From contig CAWJMB010000002.1 in the NCBI GenBank assembly GCA_963843845.1, forward strand, positions 2,848,001 to 2,912,000: a stretch of DNA of 64,000 nucleotides, given 5' to 3'. Shown here piece after piece: positions 9,487 to 19,063 of this stretch (the first letter of the stretch is position 1; the number at the start of each line of letters is the position of its first letter). The position numbers and the translations under genes were made by a program. Origin of the DNA: an uncultured Gemmatimonadaceae bacterium (GTDB lineage Bacteria; Gemmatimonadota; Gemmatimonadetes; Gemmatimonadales; Gemmatimonadaceae). The notes under the pieces are model-generated. The model saw only the letters and a list, made by a program, of their open reading frames with translations. It was not told where the DNA came from and searched no databases.

Positions 9487-11264
9487 CGGCGCCGCCCGCC
9501 GAGAAGCGGCGGCTCGTGTCGCCGAAACCGTTAGGCAGGCTCTTCCCGCTCCTCCGCCCGTACCTCTGGCGGCTGGTCGTCGCCGCCGTGTGCCTGGTGC
9601 TCGCCGCGCTCGCCGGGCTCGCCTTCCCGAAGGTCGTCGGCTGGCTGCTCGACGCCGCGTTCTCCGAGCGATCCGCCGCCCGACTCGACCGCATCGCGCT
9701 CGGGCTGCTCGCGATCTTCGCGGCACAGGGCGTCATGAACTACGTGCAGGTCTATCTGCTCAGCTCCACTGCGGAGCGCGTCATCGCGCGGCTGCGCGAG
9801 GCGCTCGTCGCGCACCTCATGCGGCTGTCGCCGGGATTCTTCACCGAGCAGCGCACCGGCGAGCTGACGAGCCGCATCACGTCGGACCTCTCGGCGCTGC
9901 AGTCGCTGCTCAACACGTGGATCTCCGAGGGCGCGCGGCAGATCATCTTCCTCGTCGGCGGCGTCGCGCTGCTGACGCTCACCGACCCGCGCCTCACGCT
10001 GACGACGCTCGCCGTCGCGCCCGTGATCGTCGCCGTCGCGCTCGTCTTCGGCCGCATGCTCCGGCGGGCGAGCGCCGGCGTGCAGGATCGGGTGGCCGAG
10101 GCGACGGGGATGGCGGACGAGGCGTTCGCGCAGATCCGCACGGTCCAGAGCTTCGTGCGCGAGGACGTCGAGATCGAGCGCTACCGCGGACTGTTGGACA
10201 CCGTCATCATCGCCGCCGTCGCGCGAGCGCGGATGCGTGCGACCTTCTTCGGCGTCGTCGGCTTCGTCGCGTTCGCCGGGGTCGTCGCCGTGCTGTGGGA
10301 GGGCGGGCAGCGCGTGCTCGTCGGCACGCTGACCGCGGGAACGCTCGTGCAGTTCCTGTTCTACGCGTTCTTCATCGCCGCGGCGGTCGGATCGCTCGCC
10401 ACCCTGTTCGGCAACTTCCAGGAGGCGATCGGCGCGGCCGCACGCGTCTTCGAGCTGCTCGCGACGCCGGCGACGATCGCCGACCCTGCGGCGCCGGCGC
10501 GCCTCGCGGGTCCGGTGCGCGGCGCCGTCGCCCTCGAACGGGTGTCGTTCCGCTACGGCGACGCGCTCCCCGACGTGCTCCACGAGGTCTCGCTCTCGGC
10601 CGCGCCGGGTGAGATCGTCGCGCTCGTCGGCCGCAGCGGCGCGGGAAAGACGACGATCGCGTCGCTCCTCCCACGCTTCTGGGACGTGTCGAGCGGGCGC
10701 GTGACGCTCGACGGCCACGACGTGCGCACGCTGCCGCTCGCCGACCTTCGCCGCGCGATCGGCGTCGTGCCCCAGGAGCCGACGCTGTTCAGCGGCACCA
10801 TCCGCGAGAACATCGCCTACGCCCGCCCGGACGCGAGCTTCGACGACGTCCTGGCCGCGGCGCAGGCCGCGCACGCGCACGAGTTCATCGAGCGGCTACC
10901 GAACGGCTACGACACACCCGTCGGCGAGCGCGGCGTGAAGCTGTCGGGCGGGCAGCGGCAGCGCGTCGCGATCGCGCGCGTGTTCCTCAAGGATCCGGCG
11001 GTCGTCGTGCTCGACGAGGCGACGTCGAGCCTCGATTCGGAGAGCGAGGGGCTCGTCGAGGCTGCGCTCGAGGAGCTGCTCGACGGGCGGACGACGCTCA
11101 TCATCGCGCACCGCCTCAGCACCGTCCGTCGGGCCGATCGGGTCGTGGTGCTCGACCACGGACGGGTGATCGAGTCGGGGAATCACGCCGAGCTGCTGGC
11201 GCGCGATGGGCTCTATGCGCGGCTCTATCAGGGGCAGTTCAGGGAGGAGGCGCTCGGCGCCTGA
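9483..11264 (+). CDS. MsbA-like fused ABC exporter (TMD+NBD)
   Basis: Six-TM domain, Walker A GRSGAGKT, LSGGQRQR, LDEATSSLD, IAHRLST. Confidence 0.93.
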   Translation: MTAPPAEKRRLVSPKPLGRLFPLLRPYLWRLVVAAVCLVLAALAGLAFPKVVGWLLDAAFSERSAARLDRIALGLLAIFAAQGVMNYVQVYLLSSTAERVIARLREALVAHLMRLSPGFFTEQRTGELTSRITSDLSALQSLLNTWISEGARQIIFLVGGVALLTLTDPRLTLTTLAVAPVIVAVALVFGRMLRRASAGVQDRVAEATGMADEAFAQIRTVQSFVREDVEIERYRGLLDTVIIAAVARARMRATFFGVVGFVAFAGVVAVLWEGGQRVLVGTLTAGTLVQFLFYAFFIAAAVGSLATLFGNFQEAIGAAARVFELLATPATIADPAAPARLAGPVRGAVALERVSFRYGDALPDVLHEVSLSAAPGEIVALVGRSGAGKTTIASLLPRFWDVSSGRVTLDGHDVRTLPLADLRRAIGVVPQEPTLFSGTIRENIAYARPDASFDDVLAAAQAAHAHEFIERLPNGYDTPVGERGVKLSGGQRQRVAIARVFLKDPAVVVLDEATSSLDSESEGLVEAALEELLDGRTTLIIAHRLSTVRRADRVVVLDHGRVIESGNHAELLARDGLYARLYQGQFREEALGA

Positions 11265-11294
11265 CGCCGAGTCCGGCGCCGGGCGACCCTGCCG

Positions 11295-12128
11295 TCACCG
11301 CGCCGCGTTCGCCCCCCCGAACCGCAGCGACACCGTGGTCGCCCCCCCGGCCGTCACCGTCACCGGCTGCTCGACGCGCCCGAGCCGCTCATGCCATGCG
11401 ACGAGCGTGTACTGCCCCGGCGGCACCGCGTCGAGCTCGAACGCGCCAGTCGCCGTCGACGTCGTCGCGTACGGATGATCGAGGACCAGCACCCACGCGC
11501 GCAGCCACGTTGGCTGGAGCCCCGCGACTTCGATCGCGCCGGCCTCGGCGAGCACCCGGTCGTCGGGGACCACCTGGCCGGCGTTGTTCGTCGCGACCGT
11601 CCCGACCGTATCCCCCGCCGGCCACCGAACGAAGCGGACGAGCGCGCGCATCGGATCCGCGCTGTGCAGGTGCAACGTTCCGCCGGCGACCACCGTCTGC
11701 ACGCGTGGCGCGAGCTGGCACGCGTCGAGCAGCACCTCGTGCCGGCGGATCGCAGGAAGTGCCTTTCCTTCGCGGACGCCCTCGAGCCACACGGCGACTC
11801 CCGCCCCCTTCCCGTCGCGCGTCGGGACCGCGGGGGGCACGACACGCGCCCCGCACGCGCGACGCAGCTGTTCGGGCGGCACGATCGCCGAGTCGGCGGC
11901 GAGCTCCCGGTCCACCTCGACGACCCCGTCGATGCGCCCTCCGTCGACGACGGCGCGCACGACGTATGGCTGCGCCCCCCGACTGATCTCCGGGAGCGCC
12001 ACCTCGCCGGCCGGCCGGGCGGCCGGGAGAGCGGCCGCCGCCTGCGCGTGGGCGGTCGTCACGGTGGCATCCTCCCGGCCACAGGCGGCAGCGACGACGA
12101 CGAACAGCGGCGAGACAGAGCGAAACAC
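11295..12128 (-). CDS. Lipoprotein with cupredoxin-like and carboxypeptidase-regulatory-like domains (start approximate)
   Basis: Lipobox-like VVAAAC; WLRAWVLVLDHPYA...GAFELDAVPPGQYTLVAWHERLG. Confidence 0.72.
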   Translation of the reverse strand: MFRSVSPLFVVVAAACGREDATVTTAHAQAAAALPAARPAGEVALPEISRGAQPYVVRAVVDGGRIDGVVEVDRELAADSAIVPPEQLRRACGARVVPPAVPTRDGKGAGVAVWLEGVREGKALPAIRRHEVLLDACQLAPRVQTVVAGGTLHLHSADPMRALVRFVRWPAGDTVGTVATNNAGQVVPDDRVLAEAGAIEVAGLQPTWLRAWVLVLDHPYATTSTATGAFELDAVPPGQYTLVAWHERLGRVEQPVTVTAGGATTVSLRFGGANAAR

Positions 12129-12256
12129 GCAGCGAGACACGAGAGGCGACGACAGAGAGTCAGCGAGCACCGAACGGAGAAGGCAGGGCCTCGACACCGG
12201 GCAAGCGCCGCGCCGCACTCACCGGCGCTGGCGACCCGCGGGGCGACGAGAACGCG

Positions 12257-12631
12257 TCAGCCGTTCACCACGCGATCGAGGACCTGACTCAGCATCGCGC
12301 GATCGGCCGGCATCGCCAGGAACGCGACGCGCCGCTCCCGCGCCACGGCACGAATCTCGTCGACCGCCACCGGCTCGCTGAAGAGGACGAGCCGCGCGCC
12401 CGCTGCCGCAGCCCGTGCGTAGAACAGATCCGATTTCGCCTCGTCGAGCGCGCCGTCGAGCATGACGACGAGGGTCGGCCGCAGTCGTCGGATCGCATCT
12501 TCGGGGCGCTCGCCCGGCGCGGCGAACACGGGCTGGTAGTTCTCCAGCTCCAGCAGCATGCCGATGAGCGCCGCGATGACGCTCTCGCGCGCGAGGATGA
12601 GCACCTGCGTCTGCTGTTCTCTCCGCACCAC
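12257..12631 (-). CDS. Degenerate stand-alone receiver (CheY-like) domain
   Basis: VLIL...IGMLLELENY...AIRRLRPTLVVMLD...LVLFS...FLAMP follows the (beta/alpha)5 receiver pattern; GGAG RBS upstream. Confidence 0.65.
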   Translation of the reverse strand: MVRREQQTQVLILARESVIAALIGMLLELENYQPVFAAPGERPEDAIRRLRPTLVVMLDGALDEAKSDLFYARAAAAGARLVLFSEPVAVDEIRAVARERRVAFLAMPADRAMLSQVLDRVVNG

Positions 12632-12697
12632 GCTGTCTCCCTCGCTCTCCAGTCGATGAATCCGTTCTCGGGACGCGCCCGCCGGGTGCCGCGCGCG

Positions 12698-12713
12698 TGC
12701 AAAGCGTACGCCG
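12698..12713 (-). promoter_or_regulatory. Candidate sigma-54 (-24/-12) promoter for the receiver gene
   Basis: Minus strand CGGCGT-ACGCT-TTGCA: GG-N10-GC with consensus TTGCA -12 element. Confidence 0.4.
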
Positions 12714-12858
12714 AGGCCCTTTGACGAGCACGAAACAGATTCTTATGTTTGGGGACCTACCTTGCTCGCCGCCGGGGCACGTTGTTGTTGCTGCTGGGCC
12801 TCCCGGTCCGACCACCCCTCCCGCACGACGACGCCCGCCTTCCCGAGTGGTCCGGTAG

Positions 12859-13170
12859 ATGATGGCTTACGATTCGCGCTCGACATCCGAGCGGCGGCCT
12901 CTCGGCGAGGTCACGACGACGGCCCTCCGGGGCGCCGTGCTCGGTCTCTGGCAACACCCGAGCGAGGGAGATAGTGCCCTGCACGCCGCGATCGGCGGCA
13001 TGATCGCCGAGGCGCGTCAGCGGTCGCTGCGCGCGGAAGACCTGATCCTGGCATTCAAAGAGCTGCTGGCGGCGCTTCCCGAGCTGACCGAGCCGGAGCG
13101 GCGGCTCGAGGCGGTGCGCTTTCGCGAGCGCCTCATCACGCTCTGCATCAAGGCGTACTACGCTCCCTGA
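12859..13170 (+). CDS. Hypothetical alpha-helical protein (~102 aa)
   Basis: Coding-like composition, ends RERLITLCIKAYYAP; divergent from the receiver gene. Confidence 0.72.
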   Translation: MMAYDSRSTSERRPLGEVTTTALRGAVLGLWQHPSEGDSALHAAIGGMIAEARQRSLRAEDLILAFKELLAALPELTEPERRLEAVRFRERLITLCIKAYYAP

Positions 13171-14348
13171 GCGAGCACGATCAGGTCCCGCTGATAGTCG
13201 GCGGGCGTGATCACGAGTGCGCCGTCGCCGACGTACGCGTTGACTTCGGAGCGAACGCCGATCTCCCCGGGAAGGTAGACGCCGGGCTCGATCGAGAAGC
13301 CGACGCCGGGGATCAGCAGCCGCTCTTCTCGCGTCTCCAGGTTGTCGAGGTGTGGCCCCGAGCCGTGGAGCTCGCGCGCGTCGATCGAGTGGCCGGTACG
13401 GTGCGTGAAGTAGGGCCCGAACCCGCGCGACGTGATGACGTGTCGCGCGGCGTCGTCGGCCTCGCCCCCTCGAACGTCCTGCCTTCCGTCGATGCGAGCG
13501 CGGAGCAGCTCGATCGCGGCGTCACGCGCGTCGCGAACGGCCTCCCAGATCGTGACGGCGCGTTCGCTCGGCGCCCCGACGCTCGCCATCCACGTCTGAT
13601 CGGCGTACGGGTGGCCGGGCTCGCACGCCCACAGGTCGATCAGCAGGAGCGCGTCGCGCTGAATCGGGTGCGGGCTGTCCGGCGACGGCTCGTAGTGCGG
13701 ATTCGCCGCGTTCGCGCCCGACGACACGTTCGGTCCGTGGTCGGTGACGAGCCCCGCCCGCGCGAACGCGTCGCGGATCCGCTGCTGCACCTCGTGCTCG
13801 TGAACCGTCTCGCCGCGACCGAGCCGTGCGCCCGTATCGGCGAAGGCGTCGCGCGCGACCCCGGCGACGATCTCGGCGGACTTCCGGTGCGACGCCAGAT
13901 CGCCCGGCGTCCAGACCGCGTACAGCCGCGAGATCAGCTCGCCCGACGACACGACCTCGGCGCCCGCGGCGCGCACGAGATCGAGGATCCCCGCCGGGAT
14001 CCGGTCGACGTACGGCACGGCGTCTCCGGGCGAATACTCCATCGCCACGCGCCGCCCGCGCACGAGCGCGGCGACCGACGCTTCGAGGACCGGCCACGCG
14101 CTGTAGACGACCTTCTTCCACTCGACCGGCCACCGATGCCACACGCGCTGCTCGATGGCGTGCGTGATCGCCGTCGGCGCGCCGTCGCGCGGGATCCAGA
14201 CGAAGATGCGCCGACTCACCATCCCTTCGAGGCCGGCGAGCCCTGCGGCGATCGGGTTCGTGCCGCGGAAATCGTAGAGCAGCCAGCCGTCGAGTCCGGC
14301 CTCGGCGATGGCGTCCTGGAATCGCGGGAGCGCGTCGGGGGTCAGCAT
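13158..14348 (-). CDS. M24 family Xaa-Pro aminopeptidase
   Basis: LLIDLW, YADQTW, HRTGHSI, FSIEPGVY, RSE metal-ligand motifs; TACATT 6 nt upstream of ATG 14348. Confidence 0.9.
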   Translation of the reverse strand: MLTPDALPRFQDAIAEAGLDGWLLYDFRGTNPIAAGLAGLEGMVSRRIFVWIPRDGAPTAITHAIEQRVWHRWPVEWKKVVYSAWPVLEASVAALVRGRRVAMEYSPGDAVPYVDRIPAGILDLVRAAGAEVVSSGELISRLYAVWTPGDLASHRKSAEIVAGVARDAFADTGARLGRGETVHEHEVQQRIRDAFARAGLVTDHGPNVSSGANAANPHYEPSPDSPHPIQRDALLLIDLWACEPGHPYADQTWMASVGAPSERAVTIWEAVRDARDAAIELLRARIDGRQDVRGGEADDAARHVITSRGFGPYFTHRTGHSIDARELHGSGPHLDNLETREERLLIPGVGFSIEPGVYLPGEIGVRSEVNAYVGDGALVITPADYQRDLIVLAQGA

Positions 14349-14370
14349 CGCGAGAATGTAATGACGCCCG

Positions 14371-14982
14371 TCACCCGCGATGCCACTCCGCGCGCCACTG
14401 GCAGCGACCCTCGTCGCGCCGCGCGCAGCGCACGTGCTCGACCGAGCTCTCGCCGCCGAGCAGCAGGTGTAGCAACTCGCGGAAGCCCGCCTCGTAGTAG
14501 GCGCATCCCGCTGCCCCGGTCTGCGTCGTGACCGGCGCCGGCACGTCGAGCACGATCGCCGCGCCGCTCCGCGCGACCGACCCGGCGAAGTAGCGGCGCG
14601 CGACGCGGCGCACCTGCCGCAGCGCCAGGGGACGCGAGAGCAGTCCGGGCAGTGCGCGCACCACGCGCCGCGTCGCGGCCGGCATGCCGTCGTAGACGCG
14701 ACCCGCCAGGAGGCGCCCCGCGGCGCGGAAGACCTCTTCCGCATCGGGCCGCCGGTCGATGAGCCGCGCGAGTCCCGTCACCTCATCGACCGCCGCGCGC
14801 TGACTGCGCCGCACCGCGTCGCCGTAGCGACGGATCTGCGCGTTGACGGTGTCGCTGAGCCCGAGCCGCTTGTTCCGCAGCTCGGCCACGAACTCCGCAT
14901 CGGGATCCTCGACCGGGCGGTCGACGACGCGCACGGCTTCGAGTAGGCTGAGCGGGAGCAGGGCGTCCACCGTACCAGTCAT
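14371..14982 (-). CDS. V4R-like domain protein
   Basis: C-terminal CAYYEAGFRELL...VEHVRCARRDEGRCQW matches the V4R C...C-x7-C pattern. Confidence 0.62.
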   Translation of the reverse strand: MTGTVDALLPLSLLEAVRVVDRPVEDPDAEFVAELRNKRLGLSDTVNAQIRRYGDAVRRSQRAAVDEVTGLARLIDRRPDAEEVFRAAGRLLAGRVYDGMPAATRRVVRALPGLLSRPLALRQVRRVARRYFAGSVARSGAAIVLDVPAPVTTQTGAAGCAYYEAGFRELLHLLLGGESSVEHVRCARRDEGRCQWRAEWHRG

Positions 14983-15040
14983 CACACCAGACGAAAACGA
15001 GGGACGGGAACGCTATGCGCGCCCCTGATGCCGTTCAAGC

Positions 15041-15898
15041 GTGATCGTGATCACCGTGCGAATCCTCGCGGGGCTGGCGCTCGCCACCGTGATCGCCGCC
15101 GCGGCGCTGCGGGCACGTTCGCTGTCGCGCAGCGGCGCCTTCGCCGCGACGGCGCTCGGCACCATCGCGATCGGAGCGGGGTGGGGGTGGGGCGCCCTGC
15201 TCATCGCGTACTTCGTGCTCGGGAGTGCGCTCTCGCGCTGGCGGTCGACCGAGAAAGCCGCGCGGACGGGGACGATCGTCGAGAAGGGAGGCGCGCGCGA
15301 CGCGAGCCAGGTGCTCGCGAACGGCGGCATCTTCGCGCTCGCCGCGCTCGGGAGCGTCGCCGCGCAGCTGGGCCTCGGACGCGCTACGCTCGCCGACGGC
15401 GCATTCGTGGCCGGGGCGACCGACGCTCCGCTCTGGCTCGGGGCAGCCGGCGCGGGCGCGCTGGCCGCCGCGGCCGCCGACACCTGGGCGACCGAGCTCG
15501 GAACTCTCGCGCCTGGTCGGCCGTTGTCGCTCCGTACCTTTCGACGGGTCGACCCGGGGACGTCGGGCGCGGTGTCGGCGCGTGGAACGATCGCCCTGGT
15601 CCTCGGCGCCGTCGTCACGGGGGGGCTCGCGCGGCTCCTCGGCGTCGCACCGGTGCTCCCGGCGATCGCCGGCGGCGTCGCCGGCGCGGTCGCGGACACG
15701 CTGCTCGGCGCGGCGGTGCAGGCGCGGCGGTGGTGCGCTCGTTGCCAAGCAGGGACCGAGCGGCGCGTGCACGACTGTGGCACGGCGACGACACATGCGG
15801 GCGGGATCCCTCGCCTCGACAACGACCTCGTGAACGTCGCCTGCGCCGCGCTCGGCGCGGTCGTGAGCGTGTGGCTCGCGGCGCGGATGGGATCATGA
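15041..15898 (+). CDS. DUF92 / COG1836 (TMEM19-like) membrane protein
   Basis: LSRSGAFAA, EKGGARDASQVLANGG, AAADTWATELG, GTSGAVSARGT, DTLLGAAVQ, LDNDLVN. Confidence 0.9.
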   Translation: MIVITVRILAGLALATVIAAAALRARSLSRSGAFAATALGTIAIGAGWGWGALLIAYFVLGSALSRWRSTEKAARTGTIVEKGGARDASQVLANGGIFALAALGSVAAQLGLGRATLADGAFVAGATDAPLWLGAAGAGALAAAAADTWATELGTLAPGRPLSLRTFRRVDPGTSGAVSARGTIALVLGAVVTGGLARLLGVAPVLPAIAGGVAGAVADTLLGAAVQARRWCARCQAGTERRVHDCGTATTHAGGIPRLDNDLVNVACAALGAVVSVWLAARMGS

Positions 15899-15911
15899 AC
15901 GGGAGAATCGC

Positions 15912-17188
15912 GTGAACGGTCGGTACGATGCGGAAGTGATCGTCGTCGGCGGCGGGCCGGCCGGTGCGTCGACGGCGTGGCATCTCGCGCGCGCCGGCGT
16001 CGACGTGCTCGTGCTCGACCGGGCGCGGTTTCCGCGCGAGAAGGCGTGCGCGGAGTGCCTGAGTCCCGAGGCGTCGCGCCTGCTGCTCTCGATGGGCGCG
16101 CTCGACGCGCTCGAGGCCGAAGGCGCGCGGCTCTCGGGGATGATCGTGCGGGCGCCGGACGGCGCGACGATCCGTGGCGACTTCTCCGCCGCGCACGGCT
16201 GGCAGGCGCCGCGCGACTACGGACTCGCCGTGCGGCGGCCGGTGCTCGACACGGCGCTGCTGGCGTGCGCGCGGGCGGCCGGCGCGCGCGTGCACGAAGG
16301 CGCCCACGTGAGCGACGTGGTGCGCGACGAGCGCGGCGGGCGGGGGGCGTGCGTCGACACCGGGAGCGGCGCCGGCGATGCCGCGGTCGGCACGCGCGAG
16401 CTGCGCGCGCGCTGGGTCGTCGGCGCCGACGGGCTGCGGTCGATCGTCGCGCGGCGGCTCGGTGCCGCCCGCACGCGCCCGTGGCCGCGGCGCCTCGCGC
16501 TCGTCGCGCACTGGCGCGGCGTGCGCGACGTCGGCGCGCTCTGCGAGATGCACGTCGAGCGCGACGGCTTCATCGGCATCGCGGACGTCGGCGGCGGACA
16601 TGACGAACACGTCCATGGTCGTGCCGTCGCGCGAGGCCGCCGCAGCGTCGAGCGGCGATCCCGGCGGCGTACCTCGACCGCTGGATCGCCCGGCGGCCGC
16701 AGCTCGCCGAGCGCTTCGCCGGCGCCGAGCGCGTCGGACCGGTGCGCGCGACGGGCCGTTCGCGTCGATGTCGCGCCGCGCCTGGGCGCCGGGCGCCGCG
16801 CTCGTCGGCGACGCCGCCGACTTCTTCGACCCGTTCACCGGCGAGGGCATCTACGCCGCGCTGCGCGGCGGCGAGCTGCTCGCCCCGTTCCTGCCGAGGC
16901 GTGCCGCGCGGCACGACCGCGGCGCGCGATCGTGCGCTGCGCCGGGTACGACGCCGCGCGCCGGCGCACCTTTCGGCGGCAAGTGGGCCGTCGAGCGGAT
17001 CATCGGCGCGCGTCGTCGCGGCGCCGTGGCTGATCAATCGCGCCGCGCGCTCGCTCTCTCGCCGACGCGATCTCGCCGACCTGCTCGTCGGCGTCGCCGG
17101 CGACTTCGTGCCGCCGTCCGCGGTGCTCAACCTTCCCTACGTCTGGAACGTGTTCGGCTTTCCGCTCCGCCTCGCCGCGCGCCCCTCG
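15912..17188 (+). CDS. FAD-dependent oxidoreductase, geranylgeranyl-reductase-like; several frameshifts between ~16600 and ~17015
   Basis: VIVVGGGPAG, FPREKACAECLS, VVGADGLRS, and in shifted frames LVGDAADFFDPFTGEGIYAAL and DLLVGVAGDFVP. Confidence 0.85.
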
Positions 17189-17668
17189 ATGGCGCTCGAC
17201 CCCGACAGCTTCCGCGCGGTCCTCGGCCGCTTCGCCACCGGCGTCACGGTCGTCACGAGCTGCGACGACGGCGGACTCGCGCACGGCATGACGGCGACGG
17301 CGTTCTGCTCGGTGAGCCTCGAGCCGCCGCTCGTGCTCGTCTGCATCGACCGCACGGCGTCGATGCACGACCTGCTGCAGCGCGACCACCCGTTCGCCGT
17401 CAACGTGCTCTCGGCGGGCCAGGAGGCGCTCTCGCGCCGATTCGCGTCCGGCGATCCGCCGAATCGCTTCGACGGACTCGGCTACCACGGCGGGCAGACG
17501 GGGGTACCGATCCTCGACGACGTCGTCGCCTGGCTCGAGGCGCGGGTGACGGCGCGCCACGAGGCGGGCGACCACACGATCGTCGTCGGCCGCGTGGAGC
17601 TCGCGGAGACGCGCCACGAGCGCCCGCTGCTGTACTATCGCGGCGGCTATGCGCAGCTCGAGCGGTAG
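17189..17668 (+). CDS. Flavin reductase (HpaC/RutF-like)
   Basis: FRAVLGRFATGVTVVT, SVSLEPPLVLVCI, FAVNVLS, GDHTIVVG, PLLYYRGGY. Confidence 0.93.
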   Translation: MALDPDSFRAVLGRFATGVTVVTSCDDGGLAHGMTATAFCSVSLEPPLVLVCIDRTASMHDLLQRDHPFAVNVLSAGQEALSRRFASGDPPNRFDGLGYHGGQTGVPILDDVVAWLEARVTARHEAGDHTIVVGRVELAETRHERPLLYYRGGYAQLER

Positions 17669-17674
17669 GCGCCC

Positions 17675-18385
17675 GTGCTCGGACTGGTTCCCGCCCGCCG
17701 CCGCGGCGTCGAGCTGCTCGACGACCCGGACGTCCCGGCGAACGTCGCCGAACGCTCGCTGCGCGACGTCGCCCGGTCGAACGTGCTGTTCGGCGGGCGC
17801 CGCGCGGTCGTGCGGACGTTCGAGCGCCTCCTGCCGCAGCTCGCGTCGCTCGGCGCCGCGTCAGGGACTGCGACGACGCTCCTCGACGTCGGCACCGGGC
17901 TCGGCGACATCCCGGCGGCGGCGCGGCGGCGTGCGGCGCGGCACGGCGTCTCGCTCGTCACGCTCGGCGTCGATCTGCGCGCGTCGCTCGCCGCGGCGAG
18001 CCGCGACCGCATCGGCATCGCGGTCTGCGCCGACGGACTGCGGCTGCCGTTCGCCGACCGGAGCGTCGACGTCGTGACCTGCTCGCAGGTGCTGCACCAC
18101 TTCGCCGACGACGATGCCGTCGCGCTGCTGCGCGAGATGACCCGCGTCGCCCGCGTCGCGGTCATCGTCGGCGATCTGCGGCGCAGTTGGCTCGCCGCGG
18201 CGCTGTTCTGGCTCGTCTCCTTTCCGCTAGGCTTTCATCGTGTGACGCGCCACGACGGCGTCGTCTCGGTGCTGCGCGGCTTCACGACCGACGACATGCG
18301 GCGGCTGGCGTGCGCGGCAGGCGTCGACTCGCCCGACGTGCGCCGCATGCTCGGCTGGCGCGTCGCGGCGACGTGGGCCGCGTGA
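17675..18385 (+). CDS. Class I SAM-dependent methyltransferase
   Basis: LLDVGTGLGD, LPFADRSVDVVTCSQVLHHF, N-terminal ELLDDP and C-terminal HDGVVSVLRGFT. Confidence 0.9.
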   Translation: MLGLVPARRRGVELLDDPDVPANVAERSLRDVARSNVLFGGRRAVVRTFERLLPQLASLGAASGTATTLLDVGTGLGDIPAAARRRAARHGVSLVTLGVDLRASLAAASRDRIGIAVCADGLRLPFADRSVDVVTCSQVLHHFADDDAVALLREMTRVARVAVIVGDLRRSWLAAALFWLVSFPLGFHRVTRHDGVVSVLRGFTTDDMRRLACAAGVDSPDVRRMLGWRVAATWAA

Positions 18386-18434
18386 CGCGGGCCGGCCACG
18401 GCCACTCTCCTTCGCTCGCTCTGTCCGTCGCGCC

Positions 18435-18986
18435 ATGACCGCTCCCGACGCCCCCGGCCGCCCCGACGTTTCCGAGCGCGCCCCGCGCCGCCCGTATCGG
18501 CTCGGGCCGATGCCGCTCGACCGCTCGATGCTCACGCTCGACGAGCGGACGGTGCGCGCGCCGGTCGCGCGCATCTTCGCGCTCGCCCGTGACGTCGAGC
18601 AGTGGCCGGAGCACCTTCCCCACTACCGGTTCGTGAAGTTCCGCCGCCGCGCGACCGACGGTGGCGGTCTCGTCGAGATGGCGGCGAACCGCCCCTTCGG
18701 CCCCGCCAGCTGGCCGACGTGGTGGCTCTCCGAGATGAGCGTCGATGAATCGGCGCCGGCAGTGCGCTATCGTCATGTCGACGGGATCACGACGGGCATG
18801 GACGTCGAGTGGACGTTCCGACGCGTCGATGCATCGACGACGCACGTTCGCATCGTACACGTCTGGAACGGCCCGGGATGGCCGCTCATCAGCACGGTCG
18901 CCGCCGTCGGCGTCATCGGCCCCGTCTTCGTGCACGGCATCGCGTCGCGTACGCTCGCCGGGCTGGCGGCGGCGGCGGAGCGGTAG
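18435..18986 (+). CDS. SRPBCC/START polyketide cyclase-like protein
   Basis: VRAPVARIFALARDVEQWPEHLPHY...YRHVDGITTGMDVEWTF...THVRIVH. Confidence 0.85.
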   Translation: MTAPDAPGRPDVSERAPRRPYRLGPMPLDRSMLTLDERTVRAPVARIFALARDVEQWPEHLPHYRFVKFRRRATDGGGLVEMAANRPFGPASWPTWWLSEMSVDESAPAVRYRHVDGITTGMDVEWTFRRVDASTTHVRIVHVWNGPGWPLISTVAAVGVIGPVFVHGIASRTLAGLAAAAER

Positions 18987-19063
18987 GCACCCGTGTCCGT
19001 CATTTCGAGCGCAGCGAGCCTTCTCGCCGTGTGCGCACTGTCTCGCGTCCTGAGGGTCATTCG

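Noticed and set aside
15924..15938. TACGAT 6 nt before a GTG, resembling a leaderless promoter
   Set aside because: Falls on the Tyr-Asp codons of the conserved YDxxVVGGG FAD-binding start, so probably coincidental
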